A stretch of 64,000 bases of DNA. It comes from an uncultured Sphingomonas sp. GTDB taxonomy: Bacteria > Pseudomonadota > Alphaproteobacteria > Sphingomonadales > Sphingomonadaceae. Below are positions 29,106 to 39,003 of the stretch, one piece after another. The stretch's first letter is position 1; each line of letters begins with the position of its first letter. The DNA lies in assembly GCF_964244235.1 (NCBI RefSeq), contig NZ_CAXTII010000001.1, forward strand, positions 2,882 through 66,881. The letters run 5' to 3'. The translations under genes were made by a program, and so were the position numbers. Under the pieces are notes generated by a model, which was given only the letters and a program-made list of their open reading frames with translations, searched no databases and was not told where the DNA came from.

Positions 29106-30341
29106 TCAGGCCGCCGCGCCGAGCGCATAGTGGCGGCAATGGTCGAGATACCCTGCCTCGTGGCTGGCGGCGAGATCGACGACGCTCTGCCACAGCCAGG
29201 ACGGCGCATCGATCGCAAGGTCGCCGTGGTCGCGCAGTGCGGATCGCCATTCTCGGCGCTGGACATCGTCCATCTGCCGCGCATGCGCCTTGCCGACGAC
29301 ACAGGCGAGGTAGCGCGCCGCCCTCACCGCCTGCGAATGCGAGAATTGCTCGACCTCCAGCTTCAGGTCCTGCGGGGCGAGTTCGCGGATGAACATCGAT
29401 CGGGCCAGCAATGTCGCCGCAATCATCCGGCCGCCCAGATGCGGCGAAAGCGCGCGCGCACCGGCGACGACGCGCTGGCCCTCGTCCGCAGGCATCTGCG
29501 CACCGTCCGCGACCGGTGCGACGGGCGCGACCGCTTCCTTCAGATCGACCAGCGCATAATCGCTTCGCCCCTTCGCGCCCTTGATCGACAACAATACGGC
29601 GTAGCGCAGCAGGCCGAGCGAACTGCAGCCCTTCATCCAATAGGCCGCATCGACCAGCCGGACGTCGCAGTCATGGCTGTCGGGATTGAGCGACAGGATC
29701 TGCCGCTTGATGTCCGGGTCCGCGATCAGCGCGGTCAACGCGGCGCGTTCGTCGTCGTCGATCGCCCAGAATTTCCTGCCGAGCGGAATGCGCGGATCGG
29801 TGCCGTTGATCCGTTCCTCCGCCAGATGACGCCAGCGCCGTCCCATCGCGCGACGCTTGACCATGCGGACGACATCGGGTTCGGCATCGGCATCGGCATC
29901 GGCATCGGCATCGGCATCGGCATCGGCATCGTTTGCGTTCCGTCGAGCGAGCGCATCGCCATAGCCGTCGACCATTTCCTCGATCATCCGCGCGGTCGCA
30001 ACGCCGGGCAAGTCCGATCCGCGCGCTGCGGTCGCCAGCGATAGTCCAAGCCGGATGAGGTCGTGCGCGGGATTGCCGATCACGGTCTGGTCGAGGTCGC
30101 GAATCTGCACCTCGACATCGCCCTCGCCGTCCGACAGCGGACCCAGATTGCCGAGATGGCAATCGCCGCAAATCCAGATCGACGGCCCGACCGGGATGCG
30201 GGCCGACACGGGCGACGCCGCCAGCCATTCATAGAATTTGACCGTATTGCCGCGCACATAGGCATGGGCGGAGCGCGCCATCTTCAGCGCGCGGGCGGTA
30301 TCCAGAACCGCATTGCGATCGGAAGGTGTTGGAGGCGTCAT
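29106..30341 (-). CDS. DUF2252 domain protein
   Basis: ARSAHAYVRGNTVKFYEWL...IWICGDCHLGNLGPL...IRDLDQTVIGNPAHDLIRL matches the DUF2252 pattern as I recall it. Confidence 0.82.
   Translation of the reverse strand: MTPPTPSDRNAVLDTARALKMARSAHAYVRGNTVKFYEWLAASPVSARIPVGPSIWICGDCHLGNLGPLSDGEGDVEVQIRDLDQTVIGNPAHDLIRLGLSLATAARGSDLPGVATARMIEEMVDGYGDALARRNANDADADADADADADADAEPDVVRMVKRRAMGRRWRHLAEERINGTDPRIPLGRKFWAIDDDERAALTALIADPDIKRQILSLNPDSHDCDVRLVDAAYWMKGCSSLGLLRYAVLLSIKGAKGRSDYALVDLKEAVAPVAPVADGAQMPADEGQRVVAGARALSPHLGGRMIAATLLARSMFIRELAPQDLKLEVEQFSHSQAVRAARYLACVVGKAHARQMDDVQRREWRSALRDHGDLAIDAPSWLWQSVVDLAASHEAGYLDHCRHYALGAAA
29878..29931. repeat. Hexanucleotide microsatellite (TCGGCA/GCATCG) about 8.5 units, in frame inside the DUF2252 gene
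   Basis: Direct reading from 29881 gives tcggca repeated about 8.5 times. It translates on the minus strand as (DA)8 in ...NANDADADADADADADADAEPD... Confidence 0.95.
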
Positions 30342-30741
30342 GGATCGGGTCCGTCAGCGGATGGGACATGTTCGACGCCTTGCAGCGGGATTGTCCGAGC
30401 AGAAGAAGAGATTGCGTCTAGCCTATATCGAACCGGAGGGGAAAAGCATCCGGTGTCTGTCGCCGTCGTGCTTATTGCCGGACCGGAGAAACCCGGCATG
30501 TCGCGCGCACTGCAAGGTTCGACACCTGCTTCAGGCGCCGACAATGACCGGCGACGACCACGCGCAAATTTAGACGATGCCGCGATGCGTCTGGCTCGTA
30601 CGGGACCGGCAAACGAGTCCTCAACCGTCATCCCGCGCAGCCAGTGCCGCCATTACATGTCCGACTGGAACGCGTCGGCATCGGCCACCGGCACCGCGCC
30701 GACGTTCCGCGACACGGCCGTCGCCCGTCTCTCTGGTCGGG

Positions 30742-33144
30742 CTACGCTACGCTGCAACTGGTCACCGGCGATTCTTCTTCCTGCCAATCGGTCACCAGAC
30801 GGCGGTAGGTCGACAGCGCCTGCCCGACCACCTGGTCCATGTTGTAATAGCGGTACGTCGCCAAGCGTCCAACGAAACTGACACCCGGTTCAGCCAGGGC
30901 CAGCGCCTCGTAACGCTTGTACAGCGCCTGGTTCTCATCGCGCGGGATCGGGTAATAGGGGTCGCCGTCGGCGCACGGAAACTCATGTGTGATGCTGGTC
31001 CTTGCTGAGGTCTGTCCGGTCAGGTGCTTATATTCGGTGATCCGCGTATAGGGCACGTCTTCGCTCGGATAATTCACCGTAGCGACCGACTGAAGCCATT
31101 CCATATCCAGCGTCGCGTGCTGGAACCGCAGCGATCGGTACGGCAGCTTGCCGTACCGATGTCCGAAATATTCGTCGATCGGCCCGGTAAAGACGAGATG
31201 GTCGTGCGGATAGGCATCGCGCACCTGGCGATAGTCGACGCCGAGCAGCAGATCGATATTCGGATGATCGAGCATCCGCTCAAACATCTTGGTATAGCCG
31301 TCGCGCGGCATTGCCTGGAAACTGTCGGTGAAATAGCGATCGTCGGCGTTGCTGCGCGTCGGCACTCGCGCGGTGACGGACTTGTCGAGTTCGGACGGGT
31401 CCATGCCCCATTGCTTTCGGGTATAGCCCTGGAAGAACGTTTCGTAGAGCGCGCGACCTACCTTGGAGATCACGACATCGGCGGAGGTGCGGATCGGATC
31501 AACGGATTCCGCGCGACTGGCGAGGAACGCGTCGACATCGGCATCAGTCCGCAGATCGAGGTCGTACAACGCGTTCAGCGTCGTCCGGTTGATCGGCATC
31601 GGTACCAGCTTGCCATCGACATCCGACAGCACACGGTGCTCGTACGGCCGCCATTCGGTAAAGCGCGACAGATAATCGACGATGTCCTGCGAGTTGGTGT
31701 GGAAGATGTGCGGCCCATATTGATGGATCAGCACGCCGGCATCATCCACCCGATCGAACGCGTTGCCGGCCACGTGAGGACGACGGTCTACGACCAGCAC
31801 CCGCTTCCCCCCGTCACGCGCCAACCGTTCCGCCATGACCGCACCGGCGAACCCGGCACCGACGACCATGACGTCGTACCGCTCGCGCCGTGCTGGCCAT
31901 GTAACGGGGGAAACGACAGCCTCGATGCGGTCATGGACGGTGATCTGCGTGGCGATCAACGCGGCCATCTCCATCGCGGTGCTGCTCCACGATCCGCGCC
32001 CGATGTGCGTATCCGCGGCATCGCGCCAGGCGAAGTCTCCGCTGCTACGCAACGCCAGCGCCTTGCCGCACGCGGCGATGAATGCTTCCGGCGTGGCGGC
32101 GACGCCGACCGCTTCGAGATGGCCATGGTGGCGAACGACATCGACGATCGGCGTCGATACGACGGGGCAACCCGCGGCCAGATATTCCGGCGTCTTGGTG
32201 GGGCTGATGAAACGAGTCGCCGCGTTGATCGCGAACGGCATCAGCGCGACGTCCCACCCCGCCATATAGTCGGGTAGCGCATCGTAGCTCCTACGGCCAA
32301 GATAATGGATGTTCGACCGCTGCGGCAGATCGCTCTCACTGATCTTCACGACTGGTCCGATCACCACCAGTGACCAGTCCGGTCGTGCATCGGCGATGGC
32401 GGCGAGCAGATCGAGATCCATCCGCTCATCGATGACTCCGCAAAAACCGAGCCGGGGGCGCGGAATGTCCACCTGATCCACGGGATCGTCCATCGTATCA
32501 CGGGCACGGGCGAAATGCGGCGCGTCGATGCTGGATGGAAATGCGTGGACGTTGGAATGGCGATCACGCTTCGCCTCGTAGAGGCTTGTGCCGCCGGTAA
32601 AGACAATATCCGCCTGCTCCAGCAACGCCCGTTCACGCGCCAACAATTCAGGAGGCGCGTTCTTGAACGCGGAAAGTTCATCCATGCAATCATAGACGGT
32701 GCAATCCGCACGAACATGATCCGAAAAAGACAGCATCATCGGGGTATAATACCAGCGAACCAAAGGTCCTTTGATCCCTCCGGCGATGTCATCAAGAAGC
32801 GTCGACAATTCCATGTCTTCGCAAATGCGGTTATCAGGATCCAATTCCGGTACAAGTATCGCGATGCCGCTATTGGGGCAGACCTCGCGTCGAAGGCGGC
32901 TGTTCCCCAGCCCTTTGACGTAAACAGGCTCTTCCCAAAACAGCACATTGTGCTCGAGTGCGAACCGCGACATCAGATGTTGCGGACGCTGGAATACGAA
33001 GGACCATCGCAAATGACTGAAGCAGATCAAGGTCGGGCGCATATCGTCGGTCAGGGGCCGCTGCGTAACGACGTCATTTATCGGCGAAATCTGCGCAGTC
33101 ACTGATGGGCTCCCCGTTGTAATATCATCGTAGCAACATTTCAT
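30742..33144 (-). CDS. Fusion protein: N-terminal GT-B (GT4-like) glycosyltransferase plus C-terminal UDP-galactopyranose mutase
   Basis: The C-terminal ~375 aa has YDVMVVGAGFAGAVMAERLA, IHQYGPHIFHTN and GRLATYRYYNMDQVV (Glf). The N-terminal half has LICFSHLRWSFVFQRPQHL and SPTKTPEYLAAGCPVVST (GT-B). The start is uncertain: ATG at 33144 or 33042, while the track gives 33300. Confidence 0.78.
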   Translation of the reverse strand: MKCCYDDITTGSPSVTAQISPINDVVTQRPLTDDMRPTLICFSHLRWSFVFQRPQHLMSRFALEHNVLFWEEPVYVKGLGNSRLRREVCPNSGIAILVPELDPDNRICEDMELSTLLDDIAGGIKGPLVRWYYTPMMLSFSDHVRADCTVYDCMDELSAFKNAPPELLARERALLEQADIVFTGGTSLYEAKRDRHSNVHAFPSSIDAPHFARARDTMDDPVDQVDIPRPRLGFCGVIDERMDLDLLAAIADARPDWSLVVIGPVVKISESDLPQRSNIHYLGRRSYDALPDYMAGWDVALMPFAINAATRFISPTKTPEYLAAGCPVVSTPIVDVVRHHGHLEAVGVAATPEAFIAACGKALALRSSGDFAWRDAADTHIGRGSWSSTAMEMAALIATQITVHDRIEAVVSPVTWPARRERYDVMVVGAGFAGAVMAERLARDGGKRVLVVDRRPHVAGNAFDRVDDAGVLIHQYGPHIFHTNSQDIVDYLSRFTEWRPYEHRVLSDVDGKLVPMPINRTTLNALYDLDLRTDADVDAFLASRAESVDPIRTSADVVISKVGRALYETFFQGYTRKQWGMDPSELDKSVTARVPTRSNADDRYFTDSFQAMPRDGYTKMFERMLDHPNIDLLLGVDYRQVRDAYPHDHLVFTGPIDEYFGHRYGKLPYRSLRFQHATLDMEWLQSVATVNYPSEDVPYTRITEYKHLTGQTSARTSITHEFPCADGDPYYPIPRDENQALYKRYEALALAEPGVSFVGRLATYRYYNMDQVVGQALSTYRRLVTDWQEEESPVTSCSVA

Positions 33145-33256
33145 GGTAATCGAATGTTCCGATGAAACACCGCCCCATAACATGGATAAGCGCGATTGAG
33201 GGAACGATGACAAGACGGGCCCGTTTGAGGTGTCAAGGTCGAAAAGGGAAAACCGC

Positions 33257-35431
33257 ATGACCGCGCTGGAATTATGGGGCGGCCTCGAATATACGGTCAA
33301 TCGTACGCAGAACGGGTATGTGGACCAGACGCGGTTGAGCGGTCACCACGATCGCGACGACGATCTGGACCTGTTTGCCGAACTTGGCCTGCGTGCACTT
33401 CGCTATCCATTGATATGGGAAAGGATCGCCCCCGACGGACTCGAAAGCGCCGATTGGCGCTGGACGGATCGGCGATTGACAGGCCTCCGCGATCGCGGTG
33501 TCCGCCCGATCGCCGGGCTGGTGCATCATGGCAGCGGACCTTCGCACACCAGTCTGATCGACGACGGTTTTGCTGCCGCGCTCGCGCAGTTCGCCGGGCG
33601 GGTCGCTGAACGGTATGATTGGATCGGGGATTGGACGCCGATCAACGAACCGCTGACGACGGCGCGCTTTTCCGGGCTCTACGGCCTTTGGTATCCGCAT
33701 CACCGAACAGAGCGCTCGTTCTGGCACATGCTGGTCAATCAGGTCGATGCGGTGCGGCTGTCGATGAAGGCAATCCGGCGCGTAATTCCCACCGCTCGCC
33801 TGATCCAGACCGATGATGTCGGGCGGACCTATTCAACGCTTCACCTCGCCGAACAGGCAGCCTTCGACAATCTGCGCCGATGGGCCGGATGGGATCTGCT
33901 GTTCGGCCGGGTGACGCGGCATCATCCGCTATGGCTGCGCCTATCGCGCCATGGCCTCGGCGGGCGGCTGGCGCAGATCGCCGACGACCCGTCGCCCCCC
34001 GACATCATCGGGGTCAACCACTATCTGACCAGCGACCGATTTCTCGATCATCGGCTCCAGCGGTACGACGCGCGGACCTACGGAGGGAACGGCCAGCTGC
34101 ACTATGCCGACACCGAAGCCATCCGTGTCCTGACCCCGGCACCGGCGGGCCTGACCAATGCGCTTCGCGAAACATGGGATCGCTACAAGGTGCCGCTGGC
34201 CATTACGGAGGTGCATAATGGCTGCACGCGCGACGAACAGCTGCGCTGGGCGGCGGACGCCTGGGATGAGGCCGTAGCGCTTAAGGCGGACGGCATCGAT
34301 ATCCGCGCGGTCACGGCATGGTCGCTGCTTGGCAGCCACGGGTGGAACACCTTGCTGACCAGGCCCGGCAAATACGAATCTGGTGTCTACGAGGTCGTCG
34401 GCGACCGGCCTCGCCCGACCGCGCTGGCGGCGTTGTGGAAAGGATTGCCCCATGATTCGCCCCGGCACCCTGTATTGGCGGGTGCCGGATGGTGGCGCAG
34501 ACCGGAACGGATAATATACCCCCCGATCATGCGCCCGGCGGGGCTTGCGACCGGCGGCGGTGCCGATGCGGCGCAGCCATTGTTGATCTGCGGCGCGACC
34601 GGGACTTTGGGTCAGGCCTTCGCACGCGCCTGTGCGGCCCGCGATATCGCCTGCGTCTCGACAGGGCGCGGGACGCTCGATCTCGACCGACCCGAGACGA
34701 TTGCGGCAACGCTGGACACGGTCCGACCTTGGGCGGTCGTCAATACCGCCGGATGGGTCGATGTCGATGCGGCAGAGCATAATGTCGATGCCTGTTTTCG
34801 CGCCAACGCCGTCGGCGCGGTCGCCCTGTCCGAAGCCTGTGCGGCGCGCGGCATCGGCATCGTCAATTTCTCGAGCGACCTGGTATTCGACGGCACTGCA
34901 GAACGGCCTTATGCCGAGGATGATGCGGTCGGGCCGCTCAACGTCTATGGTCGAAGCAAGGCCGCGATGGAACAGGTCTGCGCTACCCTGTCTGGGTCGC
35001 TTGTCCTTCGCACCGCAGCGTTCTTCTCACCCGACGATCCCCATAACTTCGCCGCCGCCGTCGTCCGCATGCTTTCGTCGGGCCAGCCATTCGGTGCCGC
35101 AGAGGATCATGTGGTCACCCCGACCTTCGTATCGCATCTCGTAAGCGGCGCGCTCGACCTGCTGATCGATGGTGCCACCGGCATCTGGCACCTGACGAAT
35201 GCCGAGGCGCTGAGCTGGGCGGCGTTCGCGCGGCGTATCGCGGAGGCCTGTGCGCTCGATACACGTTTGGTAAAGCCGGTGACGGGGCAGTTGCCGCAAT
35301 GGATCGCCCCGCGGCCCTTGTCGGTGCCGCTCGTCAGTCGACGCGGCGTGCCGTTGCCGCCGCTGAGCGAAGCTATCGAAGCATTTGCGGACGGGTTGGT
35401 CCGCGCGCAATCCATTCGTCGCTGCGCGTGA
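33257..35431 (+). CDS. Fusion protein: N-terminal GH1-like (clan GH-A) domain plus C-terminal RmlD-like dTDP-4-dehydrorhamnose reductase domain
   Basis: The N-domain has LRYPLIWERIAP, TPINEP (acid/base Glu) and AITEVHNG (nucleophile Glu). The C-domain has LICGATGTLGQAF, VVNTAGWVDVDAAE, SSDLVFDG and YGRSKAAME (YxxxK). Confidence 0.75.
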   Translation: MTALELWGGLEYTVNRTQNGYVDQTRLSGHHDRDDDLDLFAELGLRALRYPLIWERIAPDGLESADWRWTDRRLTGLRDRGVRPIAGLVHHGSGPSHTSLIDDGFAAALAQFAGRVAERYDWIGDWTPINEPLTTARFSGLYGLWYPHHRTERSFWHMLVNQVDAVRLSMKAIRRVIPTARLIQTDDVGRTYSTLHLAEQAAFDNLRRWAGWDLLFGRVTRHHPLWLRLSRHGLGGRLAQIADDPSPPDIIGVNHYLTSDRFLDHRLQRYDARTYGGNGQLHYADTEAIRVLTPAPAGLTNALRETWDRYKVPLAITEVHNGCTRDEQLRWAADAWDEAVALKADGIDIRAVTAWSLLGSHGWNTLLTRPGKYESGVYEVVGDRPRPTALAALWKGLPHDSPRHPVLAGAGWWRRPERIIYPPIMRPAGLATGGGADAAQPLLICGATGTLGQAFARACAARDIACVSTGRGTLDLDRPETIAATLDTVRPWAVVNTAGWVDVDAAEHNVDACFRANAVGAVALSEACAARGIGIVNFSSDLVFDGTAERPYAEDDAVGPLNVYGRSKAAMEQVCATLSGSLVLRTAAFFSPDDPHNFAAAVVRMLSSGQPFGAAEDHVVTPTFVSHLVSGALDLLIDGATGIWHLTNAEALSWAAFARRIAEACALDTRLVKPVTGQLPQWIAPRPLSVPLVSRRGVPLPPLSEAIEAFADGLVRAQSIRRCA

Positions 35432-35505
35432 AACCGTCCCTCAATTGATCGCTCATGGGGTCGGCATCCCCTTTACGATCGACATCATCCCGCCGGACCA
35501 TCAAC

Positions 35506-36473
35506 TCAAGCGGACGAGCCATCCACGCCGCTGACCGCTGCCAGCGCGAGCGCGATCAGGAACACGACGCCCATCCGATTCATGAACGGCTGGCCGGTCC
35601 ACTTCGCCTTGAACACCCACGACAATATCACCGACGCGACGGCGGCGGTGATCGCGCCGGCCTCGCTCGCGCGTTTCCAGAACAGGCCGAGCAGGAAGAT
35701 AACGGTGATCCCAGGCGTGAAGAAGCCGGTGAATTGCCCGGTGCCAGGATCATCTGGAAATGGTCGGGAATGCGCGTCGTCAGCACATGCCAGCCGGCGA
35801 TCACGCCCTGACCGGCGCCCAATTGCCCGAGCGTCAGCCATGCGACGATCAGGCCGCCCAACACCAGCAACGTCACCTGCACGATGTCGGTCAGCGCCAC
35901 CGCCTTAAGGCCGCCGCGGATCTGGTACAGCAAGGCGAACGCACCCAGCGCCACCAGCGCGATATTCTGGTCGACGCCCGCCACCTTCGTGACCGCGATC
36001 GATCCGAGCCAGATGATCGAGGTCAGGTTCACGAACACGTACAGCGCGAGCCAGAACAGCGCCATCAGCGTCCGGATGCCGGGGCCGTAACGCCGCTCCA
36101 GGAATTGCGGCATCGTGTAGATTTCGTTGCGCAGGAAGATCGGCAGGAAGAACTTGCCGACGATCAGCAGCGTCAGCGCCGCCATCCATTCGTAGGACGC
36201 GATCGCCAGCCCGATCGCGTAGCCCGATCCCGACATGCCGACGATCTGCTCCGCCGAAATGTTCGCCGCGATCAGCGACGCACCGATCGCCCACCAGGGC
36301 AGATCCTTCGACGCCAGGAAATAATCGGTGGTATTCTTGGGCCCGGCCCCCACCTTGTCACGCGAGACATATTGCGCGAGCCCGAAGATCGCGACGCCGT
36401 ACGCGACGATGACGGCGATATCGATGAAACCCAGTTGCACGGTGGAACTCTCCCGCCGGTCTATGCCGGCCAC
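35506..36473 (-). pseudogene. Sodium:solute symporter (SSS/SGLT family) gene with an internal deletion and frameshift
   Basis: ORF 35628..36473 encodes the N-terminal ~250 aa (ASKDLPWWAIGASLIAANISAEQIVGMSG). ORF 35506..35841, in another frame, encodes only the last ~85 aa (FTGFFTPGITVIFLLGLFWKRAS). The central roughly 200 aa expected for this family are missing. Confidence 0.7.
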
Positions 36474-36514
36474 CCCGACATCGGCGGTTGCGTCTGCCCT
36501 GCGCCAGTAATTAT

Positions 36515-37432
36515 ATGATCGATCGGACCTGTCGAGTCCTTGGCCTCAGTGAAGACCAGGAGGATGAACTGCTCAGTCGCCTGCTCTGGCCCGTCGCGGC
36601 GATACTGGGCGAAGGTCCTGCCTGGATCGCCGACGATGCTGCGTTGTGGTTCGTCGATATCAAGCGCGGCGCTCTCCACCGCTACGATCCGGCGACCGGG
36701 GCGGGATCGACGGTCGCGGTCGGCGGTCGCCCCAGCTTCGTGCTGCCGACCGATGACGGAGGGCTGATCGTCGGCAGCGGCGACGGGTTGCATATCGTGC
36801 GCGACGGAACGCTTGGCGACCCGGTCGCGACGATCGACATGCCTGCGCATAATCGCACCAACGATGCCGCGGTCGATCCGTCCGGCCGGCTGTGGTTCGG
36901 GACGATGGACGATGCCGAGACGAAGGTGACCGGGGCGGTCCATCTTTTCGATGGCGAGACGATCACCGTCGCCGGCGGCGAAAGCATCATAACCAATGGG
37001 CCCGCGATCAGTCCGGACGGCCGCTTTCTCTATCACGTCGATACCGTCGCCGGCATCATCACGCGCTTCGACATCGCCGCCACCGATCGGCTGCTCGACG
37101 GAGAGCCGTTCGTGACGATAGCGCCCGAGGAGGGGCATCCGGACGGCGCGTCGATCGATTCGGAAGGCTGCGTCTGGGTCGGCCTGTGGGGCGGGTGGCA
37201 GGCCCGGCGCTATGGCCCCGACGGAACGTTGCTGGCGACGGTCGCATTCCCATGTGCGAACATCACCAAGGTCGCGTTCGGTGGCCCCGACCTCAGGACC
37301 GCCTTCGTCACCACCGCGCGCGCCGGGTTGTCGGACGAGGAACTGACCGCGCAACCCCTGGCCGGCGGGCTGTTCGCATTCGACGCGCCGGTGCCGGGCA
37401 TCCCGATCACGCCGGTCAGGATCGCACGATGA
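36515..37432 (+). CDS. SMP-30/gluconolactonase/LRE family lactonase
   Basis: ILGEGPAWIADDAALWFVDIKRGALHRYDP, GHPDGASIDSEGCVWV and beta-propeller repeats. The start is 36488 or 36515. Confidence 0.83.
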   Translation: MIDRTCRVLGLSEDQEDELLSRLLWPVAAILGEGPAWIADDAALWFVDIKRGALHRYDPATGAGSTVAVGGRPSFVLPTDDGGLIVGSGDGLHIVRDGTLGDPVATIDMPAHNRTNDAAVDPSGRLWFGTMDDAETKVTGAVHLFDGETITVAGGESIITNGPAISPDGRFLYHVDTVAGIITRFDIAATDRLLDGEPFVTIAPEEGHPDGASIDSEGCVWVGLWGGWQARRYGPDGTLLATVAFPCANITKVAFGGPDLRTAFVTTARAGLSDEELTAQPLAGGLFAFDAPVPGIPITPVRIAR

Positions 37433-38328
37433 GCTACCGCATAGTCGGCGATTGGGGGACGAGCCGGCTGCGGCTGTTCCGGATCGAATCGGGCGTGGTG
37501 ACCGATCGGTGCGAGGCACCGGGGATCGGCACCGCCAGCACACCGCCCGAGGCGGTATTGCGTGAGGCGCTCGTCCCATGGCGCGCGGCGGGCGATCCGT
37601 CGGCGATCGCGCTGTGCGGGATGGTGGGATCGCGCAACGGCTGGGTCGAGGTGCCCTATGTCGATTGCCCCGCCGACCAGGCGACATGGATCGCTGGTGC
37701 GGCGCGGCTGGCGCTCGACGACATCCCGGTGGCGATCCTGGCCGGACTGGCCATGAAGGCCGGCGTTCCCGACGTGATGCGCGGCGAGGAAACGCAGATC
37801 TTCGGTGCGATCGCGCTCGACCTGCGGCTCTCAGCCGGACGGCACCGCGTCATCCTGCCCGGCACGCACAGCAAATGGACGACGATCGAGGACGGTCGCG
37901 TCACCGGTTTTCGCACCTATCTGACGGGCGAATTGTTCGCATTGCTTCGCGATCATTCGATCCTGGCGCGTGCTGCCGCCGGCTCGACCGTCGATCCGGG
38001 CGAAGAGGATAAGGGCTTTGCGCATGGACTCGATCGGTCCCGGTCAGGCCAGGTGATCGGTGCGCTGTTCGAGGCACGGAGCGCGCAGTTGCTGGAAGGG
38101 CGCTCGCATGGCTGGGCGCTTGGCTATCTTTCCGGCCTGCTGATCGGCGGCGAGATCGCGGAAGCGTTGCACGACGAACCGCGGACGGGCCGGATCGCGC
38201 TGGTCGGGGATCCCCGGCTTACCGAACGCTACCGCCGCACATTTGCCGGATATGCGATCGCCGTCGACCTGGTCGATGGCGACGCCGCTGCGCTTGCGGG
38301 ACTGAACGCACTGGAGACCAAATCGTGA
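37429..38328 (+). CDS. dgoK: 2-dehydro-3-deoxygalactonokinase
   Basis: MSYRIVGDWGTSRLRLFRI...VMRGEETQIFG. The ATG overlaps the lactonase stop. The track ORF starts far upstream (36892). Confidence 0.85.
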   Translation: MSYRIVGDWGTSRLRLFRIESGVVTDRCEAPGIGTASTPPEAVLREALVPWRAAGDPSAIALCGMVGSRNGWVEVPYVDCPADQATWIAGAARLALDDIPVAILAGLAMKAGVPDVMRGEETQIFGAIALDLRLSAGRHRVILPGTHSKWTTIEDGRVTGFRTYLTGELFALLRDHSILARAAAGSTVDPGEEDKGFAHGLDRSRSGQVIGALFEARSAQLLEGRSHGWALGYLSGLLIGGEIAEALHDEPRTGRIALVGDPRLTERYRRTFAGYAIAVDLVDGDAAALAGLNALETKS

Positions 38329-38957
38329 CGATCGACGACATTCTCGCAGACGGTGCACCGCCCATCGTCGCGATCCTGCGCGGTATCGAGCCGGAAGAGG
38401 CCGTGTCGATCGCGTCCGCACTGATCGACGCCGGGATCCGGATGGTCGAGGTCCCGCTGAACTCTCCCGACCCCTTCGCCAGCATCACCGCGATCCAGCA
38501 GGCTTACGGCGATCATGCGCTGATCGGCGGCGGTACGGTGCTGGATGTCCCATCGGTCGATCGGCTCGCGGATACGGGATCGCGGATCATGGTGACGCCC
38601 AATATCGACCCCGCGGTCATCGCCCGTGCCGTGGCGCGCGGGTTGGAGCCGATGCCGGGGTTCGTCACCCCCAGCGAAGCGTTCCGCGGCATCGCCGCGG
38701 GCGCGCGCCGGCTGAAACTGTTCCCGGCGATGGCGCTTGGGCCGGCCTATCTGAAGGCCATCCGGGACGTCCTGCCCAAGGACGTCAAAACCTGGGGCGT
38801 CGGCGGGACCGACGCCAACAACATCCACGAATGGCTGGCGGCGGGTGCGGAAGGGATCGGCGTCGGCGGTGCCATCTACCGCCCGGGCGACGATGCCGGG
38901 ACAGTCGCCGGCAAGGCGCAGGCGGTGGTCGCCGCATGGCGCGCCATCGCGCCCTGA
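38325..38957 (+). CDS. dgoA: 2-dehydro-3-deoxy-6-phosphogalactonate aldolase
   Basis: IVAILRGIEPEEAVSIASALIDAGIRMVEVPLNSP, a KDPG/KHG aldolase fold. It has a 4-nt overlap with dgoK. Confidence 0.85.
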   Translation: MTIDDILADGAPPIVAILRGIEPEEAVSIASALIDAGIRMVEVPLNSPDPFASITAIQQAYGDHALIGGGTVLDVPSVDRLADTGSRIMVTPNIDPAVIARAVARGLEPMPGFVTPSEAFRGIAAGARRLKLFPAMALGPAYLKAIRDVLPKDVKTWGVGGTDANNIHEWLAAGAEGIGVGGAIYRPGDDAGTVAGKAQAVVAAWRAIAP

Positions 38958-39003
38958 GCCGCGCCGGCTTGTCGCATCGGGCGAAATCGGCGAGGCATGG
39001 CGG

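Noticed and set aside
29878-29931. Possible CRISPR array (also considered for 47589..47636)
   Set aside because: The units are 6 nt with no spacers and lie in frame inside genes. These are microsatellites, not CRISPR.
36461-37687. 408-aa minus-strand ORF
   Set aside because: It is antisense to the lactonase and the dgoK start, and it has a low-complexity Arg/Pro composition.
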